IMG/VR virus record: IMGVR_UViG_3300045945_000056
Length of the DNA: 20,000 bases
Origin: an uncultured virus (IMG/VR IMGVR_UViG_3300045945_000056)
Taxonomy: Duplodnaviria; Heunggongvirae; Uroviricota; Caudoviricetes
Reading direction: 5' to 3' (one strand)
A program made the translations under genes and the position numbers. Under the pieces are notes generated by a model, which saw only the letters and a list, made by a program, of their open reading frames with translations, made no database searches and was not told the DNA's origin. This document shows, piece after piece, positions 8,145 through 15,685 of this stretch; position 1 is the first letter of the stretch; the number at the start of each line of letters is the position of its first letter.

Positions 8145-9029
8145 TAATTCTAGCGCATGTAAAACCGCTTAAAATCAGGGGAAGTCCTATTGGGATAATC
8201 CTGAGCCAATCCGATACGGAAGGTGCAACGACTATGAGTGATACGAGCTTTGAGGCGTTAATTACTATGACGATAGCAGCGGAAGCGTTCAATATAAAAG
8301 AAGTCACCGAAGCAATTTACTGGATGATCTTAGGTGATGGCCATGTGGAGAAACCGGAACGAGGTAATTGTAAATTATCCGTTTCTCATACGGTAGATCA
8401 CACGGATTATCTTATGTGGAAAGCTGCAATTATTGACCGCTTCACTGGATTTAGTATAAAAGAGCAAAATACGAGCGAATCATCCTTGAATCACTATGGA
8501 CGAAAACAGATGTTACGTCTTCGCTCCAGTGCTCATCCGTGGTTTACTAAGATACGAAATAATTTGTATCTTAGCGGACAGAAAACGATGAGTAAACACG
8601 CTATTTCTATACTAGGTCCAATTGGATTAGCTATACTCTATCAAGATGATGGCACACTTTCTACTACTAATAGTAGAAACCAAGCCGATAGAAATGTGCT
8701 AATTTATACGCTGAACCATAGTATATTTGAGTTGGAAGCTTTTACCAAACATGTGGTGGATAAATTTGGAATTATATTTAGAATTAACGCCACTCCCGGT
8801 AAGGGCCAAGGATTTCGATTAAGATTGCGAAATAAAGATATTGAAACTTTTTTCGCTTTAATCGAACCATATGTAGTTCCCTCAATGCTCTATAAACTCG
8901 GAAGAGGCGGCGATAGCGATACGTCTATCGGTAATATAGTCTGGGCTTCTTGGCAACAAGAAGAGGCGAGCAGAAATGACTCGTCCCCTGCGAGTAAAGG
9001 TTGGGAAACTCGTAGGAGTAACAATTCCG
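8145..9029 (+). mobile_element. Group I intron (885 nt) with homing endonuclease, in the major capsid gene
   Basis: P1 CATGCGT/GCGCATG with U8144-G8153 wobble; P3 CCGCTT(8165-70)/AGGCGG(8905-10); P4 TCAGG(8175-79)/CCTGA(8200-04); P7 GACTA(8230-34)/TAGTC(8937-41); P8 CGATAG..CTATCG(8911-30); P9 CTTCTTG-GCAA-CAAGAAG(8946-63); P9.1 and P9.2 stems; terminal G9029. Confidence 0.93.
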
Positions 9030-9052
9030 GGAACCGGCAACTGGGCACCTGA
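8267..9052 (+). CDS. Intron-encoded two-motif LAGLIDADG homing endonuclease (I-SceI-like)
   Basis: Motifs AIYWMILGDGH and GLAILYQDDGT, C-terminal LIEPYVVPSMLYKL; ATG 8267 has GAGG at 8252-8255 (the track starts it at 8234, inside the P7 region). Confidence 0.88.
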   Translation: MTIAAEAFNIKEVTEAIYWMILGDGHVEKPERGNCKLSVSHTVDHTDYLMWKAAIIDRFTGFSIKEQNTSESSLNHYGRKQMLRLRSSAHPWFTKIRNNLYLSGQKTMSKHAISILGPIGLAILYQDDGTLSTTNSRNQADRNVLIYTLNHSIFELEAFTKHVVDKFGIIFRINATPGKGQGFRLRLRNKDIETFFALIEPYVVPSMLYKLGRGGDSDTSIGNIVWASWQQEEASRNDSSPASKGWETRRSNNSGNRQLGT

Positions 9053-10304
9053 CGAAAGACCTTTGAACTGGCGCCAAGGAATTTTGTACCTTTATCCAAA
9101 CGGAAGGGCGCCGTTAACTGGCTTACTTTCGAAGATGGGAGAAGAAACTACTACTGATCCCCAATTTCATTGGTGGACGAAGAATTTGGCGCAACAGGGC
9201 GGAGCAATTACCGAACTTTATACGGATGCTGCAATGACTACCGCGCTGGCTGCTGGCGGTTCTGCCGCGGGTACACTTTTGTACGCAAAAGTTGCGCAAT
9301 TACTCGCAACTGAATTTCGAATTGGACATCAAGTTTTACTTCGGGTTTCGACAAATCTTAATGTTGATGTAAATGCGAAAGTAACTGGAGTTACACTTAA
9401 TGGTGCAGATTCACAAATTGCGGTGAAATTGCTCGAAGCAGACGATAATGGTGGTGCGACTAACCTTTCGACTGCGGATGTAATCTTGATCGTGGGTAAT
9501 ATTAACGCTGAAGGTGCGGCTATTCCAAACGCAATTGCTTACGATCCGATAAAGTATTTGAATTACACACAAATTTTTCGTACTCCACTCGATATTACTC
9601 GCACTGCAAGGAAAACGACACTTCGCACCGAAGACGCGTATAAAGAGGCGAAGCGTGAATCGCTTGAACTTCATTCAATTGAAATGGAAAAGGCGTTTTT
9701 GTTCGGCATACCAACAGAGAATGTTGGCTCGAATGGTAAACCAGAACGTACTACGGGTGGATTGACTTATGCGGTAAAACAGTTTGCACCACAAAATGTA
9801 TCGGATTATAGAGTAGATCCAAACTATGCAACTATGGATTGGCTTACTGGTGGCGAAGCGTGGTTAGATGAGAAATTTGAGCTTATTTTTCGATTTGGTT
9901 CGATGGATAAAATTGCATTTGTTGGTTCGGGGGCACTTTTGGGTATAAATAAGTTGGCTAAAAACGTGGGCCAATTTAATTTTACACCGCAAACTACTTC
10001 GTATGGAATTAAAGTGGTAAATTGGGTAACGCCGTTTGGAACTATTAGTCTATGGACACATCCGCTGTTCAGTTATGATGCTACAACGCGGAATGCTATG
10101 CTTATCTTCGAAGCGAGTATGTTGAAGTATCGGTATATCGATGATACTATGTTTATGGGAATGGATACAAATAAAGTTAGTCCATCGCATGAGAGACTTG
10201 ATGGAACTAAGGAGGAATGGCTTACGGAATGTGGACTAGAATTTCACCATCCGATTAAATTTGGATATTTAAATGGGGTAGGGTTAGATAATACTTTACC
10301 TTAG
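9030..10304 (+). CDS. Major capsid protein, exon 2 (SU10/DUF5309-like; spliced product 431 aa)
   Basis: NGRAPLTGLL, NYTQIFRT, EMEKAFLFG, RTTGGL and TPFGT motifs typical of this capsid family; position after the scaffold gene. Confidence 0.9.
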   Translation, partial: GTGNWAPDERPLNWRQGILYLYPNGRAPLTGLLSKMGEETTTDPQFHWWTKNLAQQGGAITELYTDAAMTTALAAGGSAAGTLLYAKVAQLLATEFRIGHQVLLRVSTNLNVDVNAKVTGVTLNGADSQIAVKLLEADDNGGATNLSTADVILIVGNINAEGAAIPNAIAYDPIKYLNYTQIFRTPLDITRTARKTTLRTEDAYKEAKRESLELHSIEMEKAFLFGIPTENVGSNGKPERTTGGLTYAVKQFAPQNVSDYRVDPNYATMDWLTGGEAWLDEKFELIFRFGSMDKIAFVGSGALLGINKLAKNVGQFNFTPQTTSYGIKVVNWVTPFGTISLWTHPLFSYDATTRNAMLIFEASMLKYRYIDDTMFMGMDTNKVSPSHERLDGTKEEWLTECGLEFHHPIKFGYLNGVGLDNTLP

Positions 10305-10349
10305 GCCCCCCTGCCCCCCACACGGAATATAATTTCCGTTGGCGCGGCG

Positions 10350-10371
10350 GAATTAAAATTTAAACGATGGA
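10350..10371 (+). promoter_or_regulatory. 22-bp intergenic motif, copy 5
   Basis: GAATTAAAATTTAAACGATGGA, running into the GGAGG SD of 10386. Confidence 0.7.
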
Positions 10372-10385
10372 GGTTAATTTACTTT

Positions 10386-11117
10386 ATGCCCTTGTTGGAT
10401 ATACGTAAGAGGTTTGTCGAATTTACTGGCCGGTGGGATTTAATTACTGATGATGAGAGCTTTCGCGATAAAGGAGCGAACTTTCTCATCCAAACCGGCC
10501 AGAAGTGGTTAGATCGCCAAGCTGAAGTAGCGTTTGGTGAAGGCAAGAGTTATTTGGATTTACCTGCTAATAGTTGGTTTGCTATGTTAAACAATTGCCG
10601 GAGCGTGAGATATGTGTTCTTGTCTAACGCTGAGGGAGAGAGGTGGCCCCTATACCGAAAAGATTATCCAGAAATCAGCGAATTGCGATTGCGTGACCCA
10701 ACTTTTGTTGAATCCGGATGCCCTAAGTATTACGCGCTTGCGAATATTCATACGCATCCTGAGACAATTGGGACAACTACAATTGCACGATTTGGACCTA
10801 CAACGAGTTATACTGCAGCTGGAAATCCGTGGGGTTTTAATGCAATAATCGTTGCCCCAAAACCAAGTGAAAATTTGTTAATTGAGGTGCAAGGTTTATT
10901 CTTTCAACCTGAACTGGTCGCTGATGGCGATCAGAATGTGTGGAGTGAAGAGTACCCGTTCATACTTGTTTTAGCTGCGTGTCGTCAACTCGAAATTTCG
11001 TATCGTAATACTTCTGGAGCTAGTGATTGGGAGAACGCGATTAACGCCGAATTGCTGACGCTCGGATTTGATTTAGTAGATCAAATTAGTAACGATATTA
11101 CCCAAATAAAGGGGTAA
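10386..11117 (+). CDS. Probable head-tail adaptor protein (243 aa)
   Basis: Follows the capsid gene; SGCPKYYA, IIVAPKP and DQNVWSEEYPFILVLAAC patterns resemble podovirus adaptor proteins. Confidence 0.65.
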   Translation: MPLLDIRKRFVEFTGRWDLITDDESFRDKGANFLIQTGQKWLDRQAEVAFGEGKSYLDLPANSWFAMLNNCRSVRYVFLSNAEGERWPLYRKDYPEISELRLRDPTFVESGCPKYYALANIHTHPETIGTTTIARFGPTTSYTAAGNPWGFNAIIVAPKPSENLLIEVQGLFFQPELVADGDQNVWSEEYPFILVLAACRQLEISYRNTSGASDWENAINAELLTLGFDLVDQISNDITQIKG

Positions 11118-11119
11118 AC

Positions 11120-11296
11120 ATGAGCGAGACTAGAACATACAACCCAATTCCGAGCGGTAAACCGCCGGTTAAAGAGTCGAAGTCGAAGACTTCGAGCGAA
11201 CCGAGTATGACAAAGCGTGGTAATACTGATAAGCGCGATGGAGGTACATTTATGGAGAGTCGCGCCAAGAAGAATGGCGCAAGTAATCCGGGGTAA
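11120..11296 (+). CDS. Small basic low-complexity protein (58 aa, MSETRTYNPIPSGKPPVKESKSK...)
   Basis: ATG 2 nt after the upstream stop, AAGGGG SD; below the ORF-track size cut-off. Confidence 0.6.
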   Translation: MSETRTYNPIPSGKPPVKESKSKTSSEPSMTKRGNTDKRDGGTFMESRAKKNGASNPG

Positions 11297-11299
11297 GGT

Positions 11300-11321
11300 T
11301 CCACTGATTAAATTTTAATTC
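11300..11321 (-). promoter_or_regulatory. 22-bp intergenic motif, copy 6
   Basis: - strand GAATTAAAATTTAATCAGTGGA; 11301-11321 is the exact reverse complement of 2148-2168. Confidence 0.75.
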
Positions 11322-11343
11322 GGAGAGTGTTAGCGTGTTTAAG

Positions 11344-11531
11344 TTTACGCACCATTCCATTTTTTCTGGTTTGGAATTTAGCATCACTTTGACAGATTGC
11401 TCCCAGTTCCCGTGCACAGCTTCCATCTGGACGGGCAGCGGAGCTGGACGTCGCCTTGCTTGCTGTGCACGCAATCTGTCAAAGGAATTATGCTAAATTC
11501 CAGGAGCCGGAAAAAATGTTTGGTGCTTAAA
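11344..11531 (+). ncRNA. Long imperfect hairpin, candidate structured ncRNA
   Basis: Nested helices GCACCA/TGGTGC, CATTTTTT/AAAAAATG, TGGAATTTAGCAT/ATGCTAAATTCCA, TTTGACAGATTGC/GCAATCTGTCAAA, GTGCACAGC/GCTGTGCAC. The inverted repeat is directly visible; RNA function is inferred. Confidence 0.6.
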
Positions 11532-11549
11532 ATAAGAGGAGAATGGAAA

Positions 11550-11726
11550 ATGCCTTACAAAGTATCCAAAACTAAAAAGGGTGATTATGAAGTTCGCTCA
11601 CCTCATGGCGTAAAAGCTAAACACACAACTAAAGCTAAAGCTAAAGCCCAACAACGGTTGCTTTATGCTATCGAAGAAGACCCTGATTTTATTCAGCGTA
11701 GAAAGAAAAAGAATGGTATGGATTAA
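11550..11726 (+). CDS. Small basic protein (58 aa, MPYKVSKTKKGDYEVRSPHGVKAKHTTKAKAKAQQRLLYAIE...)
   Basis: AGGAG SD at 11537-11541 before ATG 11550; the track's extension to 11397 runs through the hairpin and is probably spurious. Confidence 0.75.
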   Translation: MPYKVSKTKKGDYEVRSPHGVKAKHTTKAKAKAQQRLLYAIEEDPDFIQRRKKKNGMD

Positions 11727-11750
11727 AATTGCAAATCGGAGATTTGCAAA

Positions 11751-12089
11751 ATGATTACTCCAGAGGAACGCGCTGAACTTACGCGTGAAATAACCGAGCA
11801 TGTTTTATTATTACTTCCAGGAGTAATAGCGCATTTAATTAACAACATGTCTACCATGAAGGAGTTATCAAATCAATTTTACGAGCAACACAAAGATTTA
11901 GTTAAGCATAAAGAAACTGTTGGGACGGTAATAGAGCAGCTTGAAATTAAGTACCCTGGTAAATCTGTACAAGATTTATTGGATCTTGCTGCGCCTGAAG
12001 TGCGTAAATTATTATCCCAACAAAGTAAATTAGCCTCTGCGCCAAAAATGGGCGTTGAACAACTCGATAAAGTTTTGGGGAATTTATGA
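11751..12089 (+). CDS. Hypothetical helical protein (112 aa)
   Basis: GGAG SD within a hairpin; ATGA overlap with the next gene. Confidence 0.75.
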   Translation: MITPEERAELTREITEHVLLLLPGVIAHLINNMSTMKELSNQFYEQHKDLVKHKETVGTVIEQLEIKYPGKSVQDLLDLAAPEVRKLLSQQSKLASAPKMGVEQLDKVLGNL

Positions 12090-12583
12090 GAGAATTTGCC
12101 GTAGTATTTAAGGAAGGTTTAGCGCGGGGCCTGCGCGCAAGTGAGCACAATCCGCGGAACGAGGAGTTTTTGTATGTTGCTAAAGGATGTATACCGGAAG
12201 ATGGTGTTCTACAATCCTTGCCGGTTTTGCATAACACATTTGGATTGCCCGAGCAATGCCAATTCCCTTTTCCGCAAGTTTTTGTGTTACGTCAAATTGT
12301 ATTGGTCTTTACACAAACGCGTATTTATGAGCTACGATCGTTCGGGACCGAGCAAGTATTTCAAGATGCTCCTGCTGGTAGCACTTGGACTGTCGCCGAT
12401 TTTGGGGATTATATTTTGTGCTGCAACGGTCGTATACTTGTATATCGTGATCCTGTAACTGGAATGTTTACAGAATATATTGATTGTGAAATACCGCCGG
12501 GTACATGTATTATGAATTTAAATGGGCAGTTAATTGTAGGTTCACCTGGCGAAGTAGTTGGTACTGGATTTACCGGAGAATAG
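12086..12583 (+). CDS. Virion protein resembling the N-terminal part of a nozzle/head-closure (P22 gp10-like) protein
   Basis: GLARGLRA...NP.N...G.L start followed by beta-propeller-like blades (WTVADFGDYILCCNG, IMNLNGQLIVG). Confidence 0.5.
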   Translation: MREFAVVFKEGLARGLRASEHNPRNEEFLYVAKGCIPEDGVLQSLPVLHNTFGLPEQCQFPFPQVFVLRQIVLVFTQTRIYELRSFGTEQVFQDAPAGSTWTVADFGDYILCCNGRILVYRDPVTGMFTEYIDCEIPPGTCIMNLNGQLIVGSPGEVVGTGFTGE

Positions 12584-12584
12584 T

Positions 12585-12606
12585 TCCACTGTTCAAATTT
12601 TATTTT
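12585..12606 (-). promoter_or_regulatory. 22-bp intergenic motif, copy 7
   Basis: - strand AAAATAAAATTTGAACAGTGGA, 1 nt after the TAG ending at 12583. Confidence 0.6.
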
Positions 12607-12631
12607 CGTTGAAATTTCGGAGAAATTTCAA

Positions 12632-15187
12632 ATGTGGAAAATGTTAAATAATGGCGTATGCCCACCTCCGCCACCAAAAGTGTTTGGTTTTGTTACTGGT
12701 GATGCGGGTGATGGGGGCATGCAGATGGCCATAGATAATGCTGGACGAGTTTATGCGTGGGGTGCCACATCTTATGGTTACAGTGGACAAACGCCTATAT
12801 CCATCACAGGAACGTCTAATTTTTGGCGGCATCCGGATACGTATTATGAAACTGCAACACCAGGTAATTATCATCCGGCAACTTTAAAGCCTATTCAAGT
12901 TGGAACTAAATCAGATTTCGTTAAATGTAGAATGGGAGAAGATTTTTATACCGCGCTAGATTCTGAAGGATATTTATGGGGATGGGGTATGCCGTGGAGT
13001 TTTGGTTTAGGTGGATGGAATGATACTGCACAATATACTGGCAATGGTTATCCGCCTACTCCATTTACTCCTGGTGGTAGGCACGCCATAACGCCGCAAC
13101 GATTGTTTGATGTTGTGTGGAAAGATTTTATAAATGGTCAATATCATATGATTGCAATAAAACCTGATGGTTCACTTTGGATTTGGGGTAAGAATTTAGA
13201 TGGCACAACTTTTGGTAATAATACTTATGCTGAAGATTATGTATCTTTAGTTCCGATTGAAATGACGTGGGTGCCTGGTCCTGTAAAACTTGTTGCGGCT
13301 TATTGGAGTGTTACTGCCATAGTTACAGAGAGTAATCAAATTTGGATTTGGGGTGAGTGGTGGATTGCGGAATGGGGAGTGAATGGTTCTGTCGCGGCGC
13401 CAATGCAATTACCTTTAACTGTGCCCACGGGCGTGCAGATAACGCAGATTAGTTGTAGCTATTCTGGCGTGGTAGTTTTATTATCTAATGGCGATGTTTA
13501 CGCCGCAGGATATTGGTTTGGATTTAGCTCAACTTATACTACTGTACTTACCAAAGATCCTACTGGACGACATTTTGTACAAATTGATGTGGGGGAAACT
13601 GGCGCAGCGGGAGTGGATATAAATGGAAATATTTATGGTTGGGGAAGTGCTTCGTTTTTAATTTATCAACCTGGTTGGGTAGAGGATACTGTTGAAGTTT
13701 TACCTACACTAACCCAACCTGGACCGCAATATACTCATGTAAGTGTAGGCTACTGGTTTCATCAGGCTATAGATACCGAAGGTAGATTGTGGACTTGGGG
13801 ACGAAATGAGGATGGGGCGCTTGGTGTAGATGAGAAACAAACGGATTTACTTTATAGTTATCTTGCTGTCGAAGCAACTTATTTTGCGGAACTTGATGAT
13901 GGTACGCGAGCAATAGATGCTCCCGGTGTTGGACCAGCGGCACTACAATTTACTCTTGATTCGCCTGAGCAACTTAGCGAGCATAATCCATGCGGACATT
14001 GGCATAAGAAGGCAGTGGGTGCGCCAGGGTTTCGTATAGATATACCGAAATGTTGCTGGAATTTTGCTGTAGATGTGCGTGGCACTGATGTAATGTTATA
14101 TGGTCTTGGTATAAATTATCCGTGTCCAGTTATACCCCTTCGTTACAATATTAGTACGCGCCAATGGTATGGGCCTTATTGGCAAATAGAGAAGTTTTAT
14201 ACACGCGAATGGCTTGCGGGAGCAAGTATTAGTGGTGCTTTCGATGGACTTATGATGTATGGTGGAGATGATGCGGGCATATTAGGTTCGCCTAGTGTAA
14301 CAGGACATCGCATAGTAATTAAGACAGCGTATCATAATACCGGTGCAATTTATGAGCGGTTATTTCCGAGTGCGCGGCCACAAAATTGCGAAGGTAAGAT
14401 CGTTGTAGAAGACACCACCGGCAAAGTTATGGTATTAATCGAAGTAGGTACGAATATTGAATTGTGGTTATCTACGGATTATGGTAATACATACACTTTA
14501 GGCGAAACATGGGCGTTTGGTACAGCATATAAATATGCCAGAATAGTACGCAGTGGAAGCAACTATTACGTGAGCATATTTAGATCGGATGGTACATCCA
14601 ACGGTAGTATAACTACTTATTCTTCGACTGATGGTCTAACGTGGACCTCGAAGGCAATTATAAGTACACCTATCGGCAGTGCCAGGTTCAATATGTGGAC
14701 GGATAGTAACACGATTTATTTGCTGTGTTATGATAGATTGTTTTATAGCACGGATGGCGCAATGACATTTACTAGTAAAACAATGACGGGAATTACGAAT
14801 CATGGTTTTGCTAATGGAAGCACGTTTGATGCGACTATGTTCTATGCAGTTAAATTGCAAGGTACAGTGGATTATACGTTAAGTACCATAGTTTGGTTTG
14901 ATTTACCTGTAGCTGTGTTCGAGCATTATGAACTAACTGATTTTACTACTACACGTAACTCAGGCGATTACGGTGTGTATATGCGGGATAATTTATTTCT
15001 ACCTTTTGGTGCTACAACACGAATTGTATTACCGGTTACACAGGCACTAGGCACGCAATGGGAATTGGTGCAGACACCGCTGATTTATTTTAAAGAACCA
15101 ATAGATTCTTTGCATGGTGAGGATGATCCACGTTGGCGTTTTTCTCCAACGCGAGATAAAATTCCGCTTGATCCGCAATACAGATGA
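12632..15187 (+). CDS. RCC1/BLIP-II-repeat protein with C-terminal BNR/Asp-box region (851 aa)
   Basis: Repeated blades GRVYAWG, GYLWGWG, GSLWIWG, NQIWIWG, GDVYAAG, GNIYGWG, GRLWTWG; Asp-boxes STDYGNTY, STDGLTW, STDGAMTF. Confidence 0.85.
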   Translation: MWKMLNNGVCPPPPPKVFGFVTGDAGDGGMQMAIDNAGRVYAWGATSYGYSGQTPISITGTSNFWRHPDTYYETATPGNYHPATLKPIQVGTKSDFVKCRMGEDFYTALDSEGYLWGWGMPWSFGLGGWNDTAQYTGNGYPPTPFTPGGRHAITPQRLFDVVWKDFINGQYHMIAIKPDGSLWIWGKNLDGTTFGNNTYAEDYVSLVPIEMTWVPGPVKLVAAYWSVTAIVTESNQIWIWGEWWIAEWGVNGSVAAPMQLPLTVPTGVQITQISCSYSGVVVLLSNGDVYAAGYWFGFSSTYTTVLTKDPTGRHFVQIDVGETGAAGVDINGNIYGWGSASFLIYQPGWVEDTVEVLPTLTQPGPQYTHVSVGYWFHQAIDTEGRLWTWGRNEDGALGVDEKQTDLLYSYLAVEATYFAELDDGTRAIDAPGVGPAALQFTLDSPEQLSEHNPCGHWHKKAVGAPGFRIDIPKCCWNFAVDVRGTDVMLYGLGINYPCPVIPLRYNISTRQWYGPYWQIEKFYTREWLAGASISGAFDGLMMYGGDDAGILGSPSVTGHRIVIKTAYHNTGAIYERLFPSARPQNCEGKIVVEDTTGKVMVLIEVGTNIELWLSTDYGNTYTLGETWAFGTAYKYARIVRSGSNYYVSIFRSDGTSNGSITTYSSTDGLTWTSKAIISTPIGSARFNMWTDSNTIYLLCYDRLFYSTDGAMTFTSKTMTGITNHGFANGSTFDATMFYAVKLQGTVDYTLSTIVWFDLPVAVFEHYELTDFTTTRNSGDYGVYMRDNLFLPFGATTRIVLPVTQALGTQWELVQTPLIYFKEPIDSLHGEDDPRWRFSPTRDKIPLDPQYR

Positions 15188-15189
15188 GC

Positions 15190-15211
15190 GAATTAAAATT
15201 TTAACACTGGA
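15190..15211 (+). promoter_or_regulatory. 22-bp intergenic motif, copy 8
   Basis: GAATTAAAATTTTAACACTGGA, running into the GGAGG SD. Confidence 0.75.
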
Positions 15212-15225
15212 GGAGCTAATCCAAT

Positions 15226-15654
15226 ATGCCTACGCTACCTAGCAACCAGTTTAAAGACGATATAGGTCGTAAGATTATTTCGTTTCCTGCTGATGTGTTT
15301 AAAATTATACTCATGGCTAGTGGATTTACGTTTGACCGAGCAAATCATAATAGCTACGCCGATGTTACTGCAAGTGAGCTAACAACTGGCGCGGGCTATA
15401 CTGCGGGTGGGCAAACGCTAACTGGAGTAACATTAACCCGCGATAATATTAACAATGAGGAACGCGTAACTTGGAATAACGCATCGTGGCTCGCCACGGG
15501 AGGAGATATAGTTTCCCAGGGGGCAATTATTTTTGATGATACGGTAACTACTCCAGTTGCTGATCCAATTATAGGTTACATAGACTTTGGCGCGCCCACA
15601 ACTACGTTTGATACCGGCAATTTTACCATCGCAAACATTGCGGTGGTTTGGTAA
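15226..15654 (+). CDS. Tail-associated structural protein (142 aa)
   Basis: DVFKIIL, GYTAGGQTL and IGYIDFG patterns common in small phage tail proteins; GGAGGAG SD. Confidence 0.7.
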   Translation: MPTLPSNQFKDDIGRKIISFPADVFKIILMASGFTFDRANHNSYADVTASELTTGAGYTAGGQTLTGVTLTRDNINNEERVTWNNASWLATGGDIVSQGAIIFDDTVTTPVADPIIGYIDFGAPTTTFDTGNFTIANIAVVW

Positions 15655-15685
15655 ATAAGATAACGTATTATTAAGGACGTAGTCA

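Noticed and set aside
8976..9029. ORF-track N-terminus of the capsid protein (MTRPLRVKVGKLVGVTIP)
   Set aside because: It lies within intron P9.1-P9.2; the supported start is ATG 8124 joined by splicing.
10302..10386. Capsid and adaptor genes are in frame and separated by a single TAG followed by a C-rich tract and hairpin (possible readthrough or TAG recoding)
   Set aside because: The adaptor has its own GGAGG SD and a 22-bp motif in the gap, 27 open codons can arise by chance, and the long genes are intact under the standard code with several ending cleanly at TAG.
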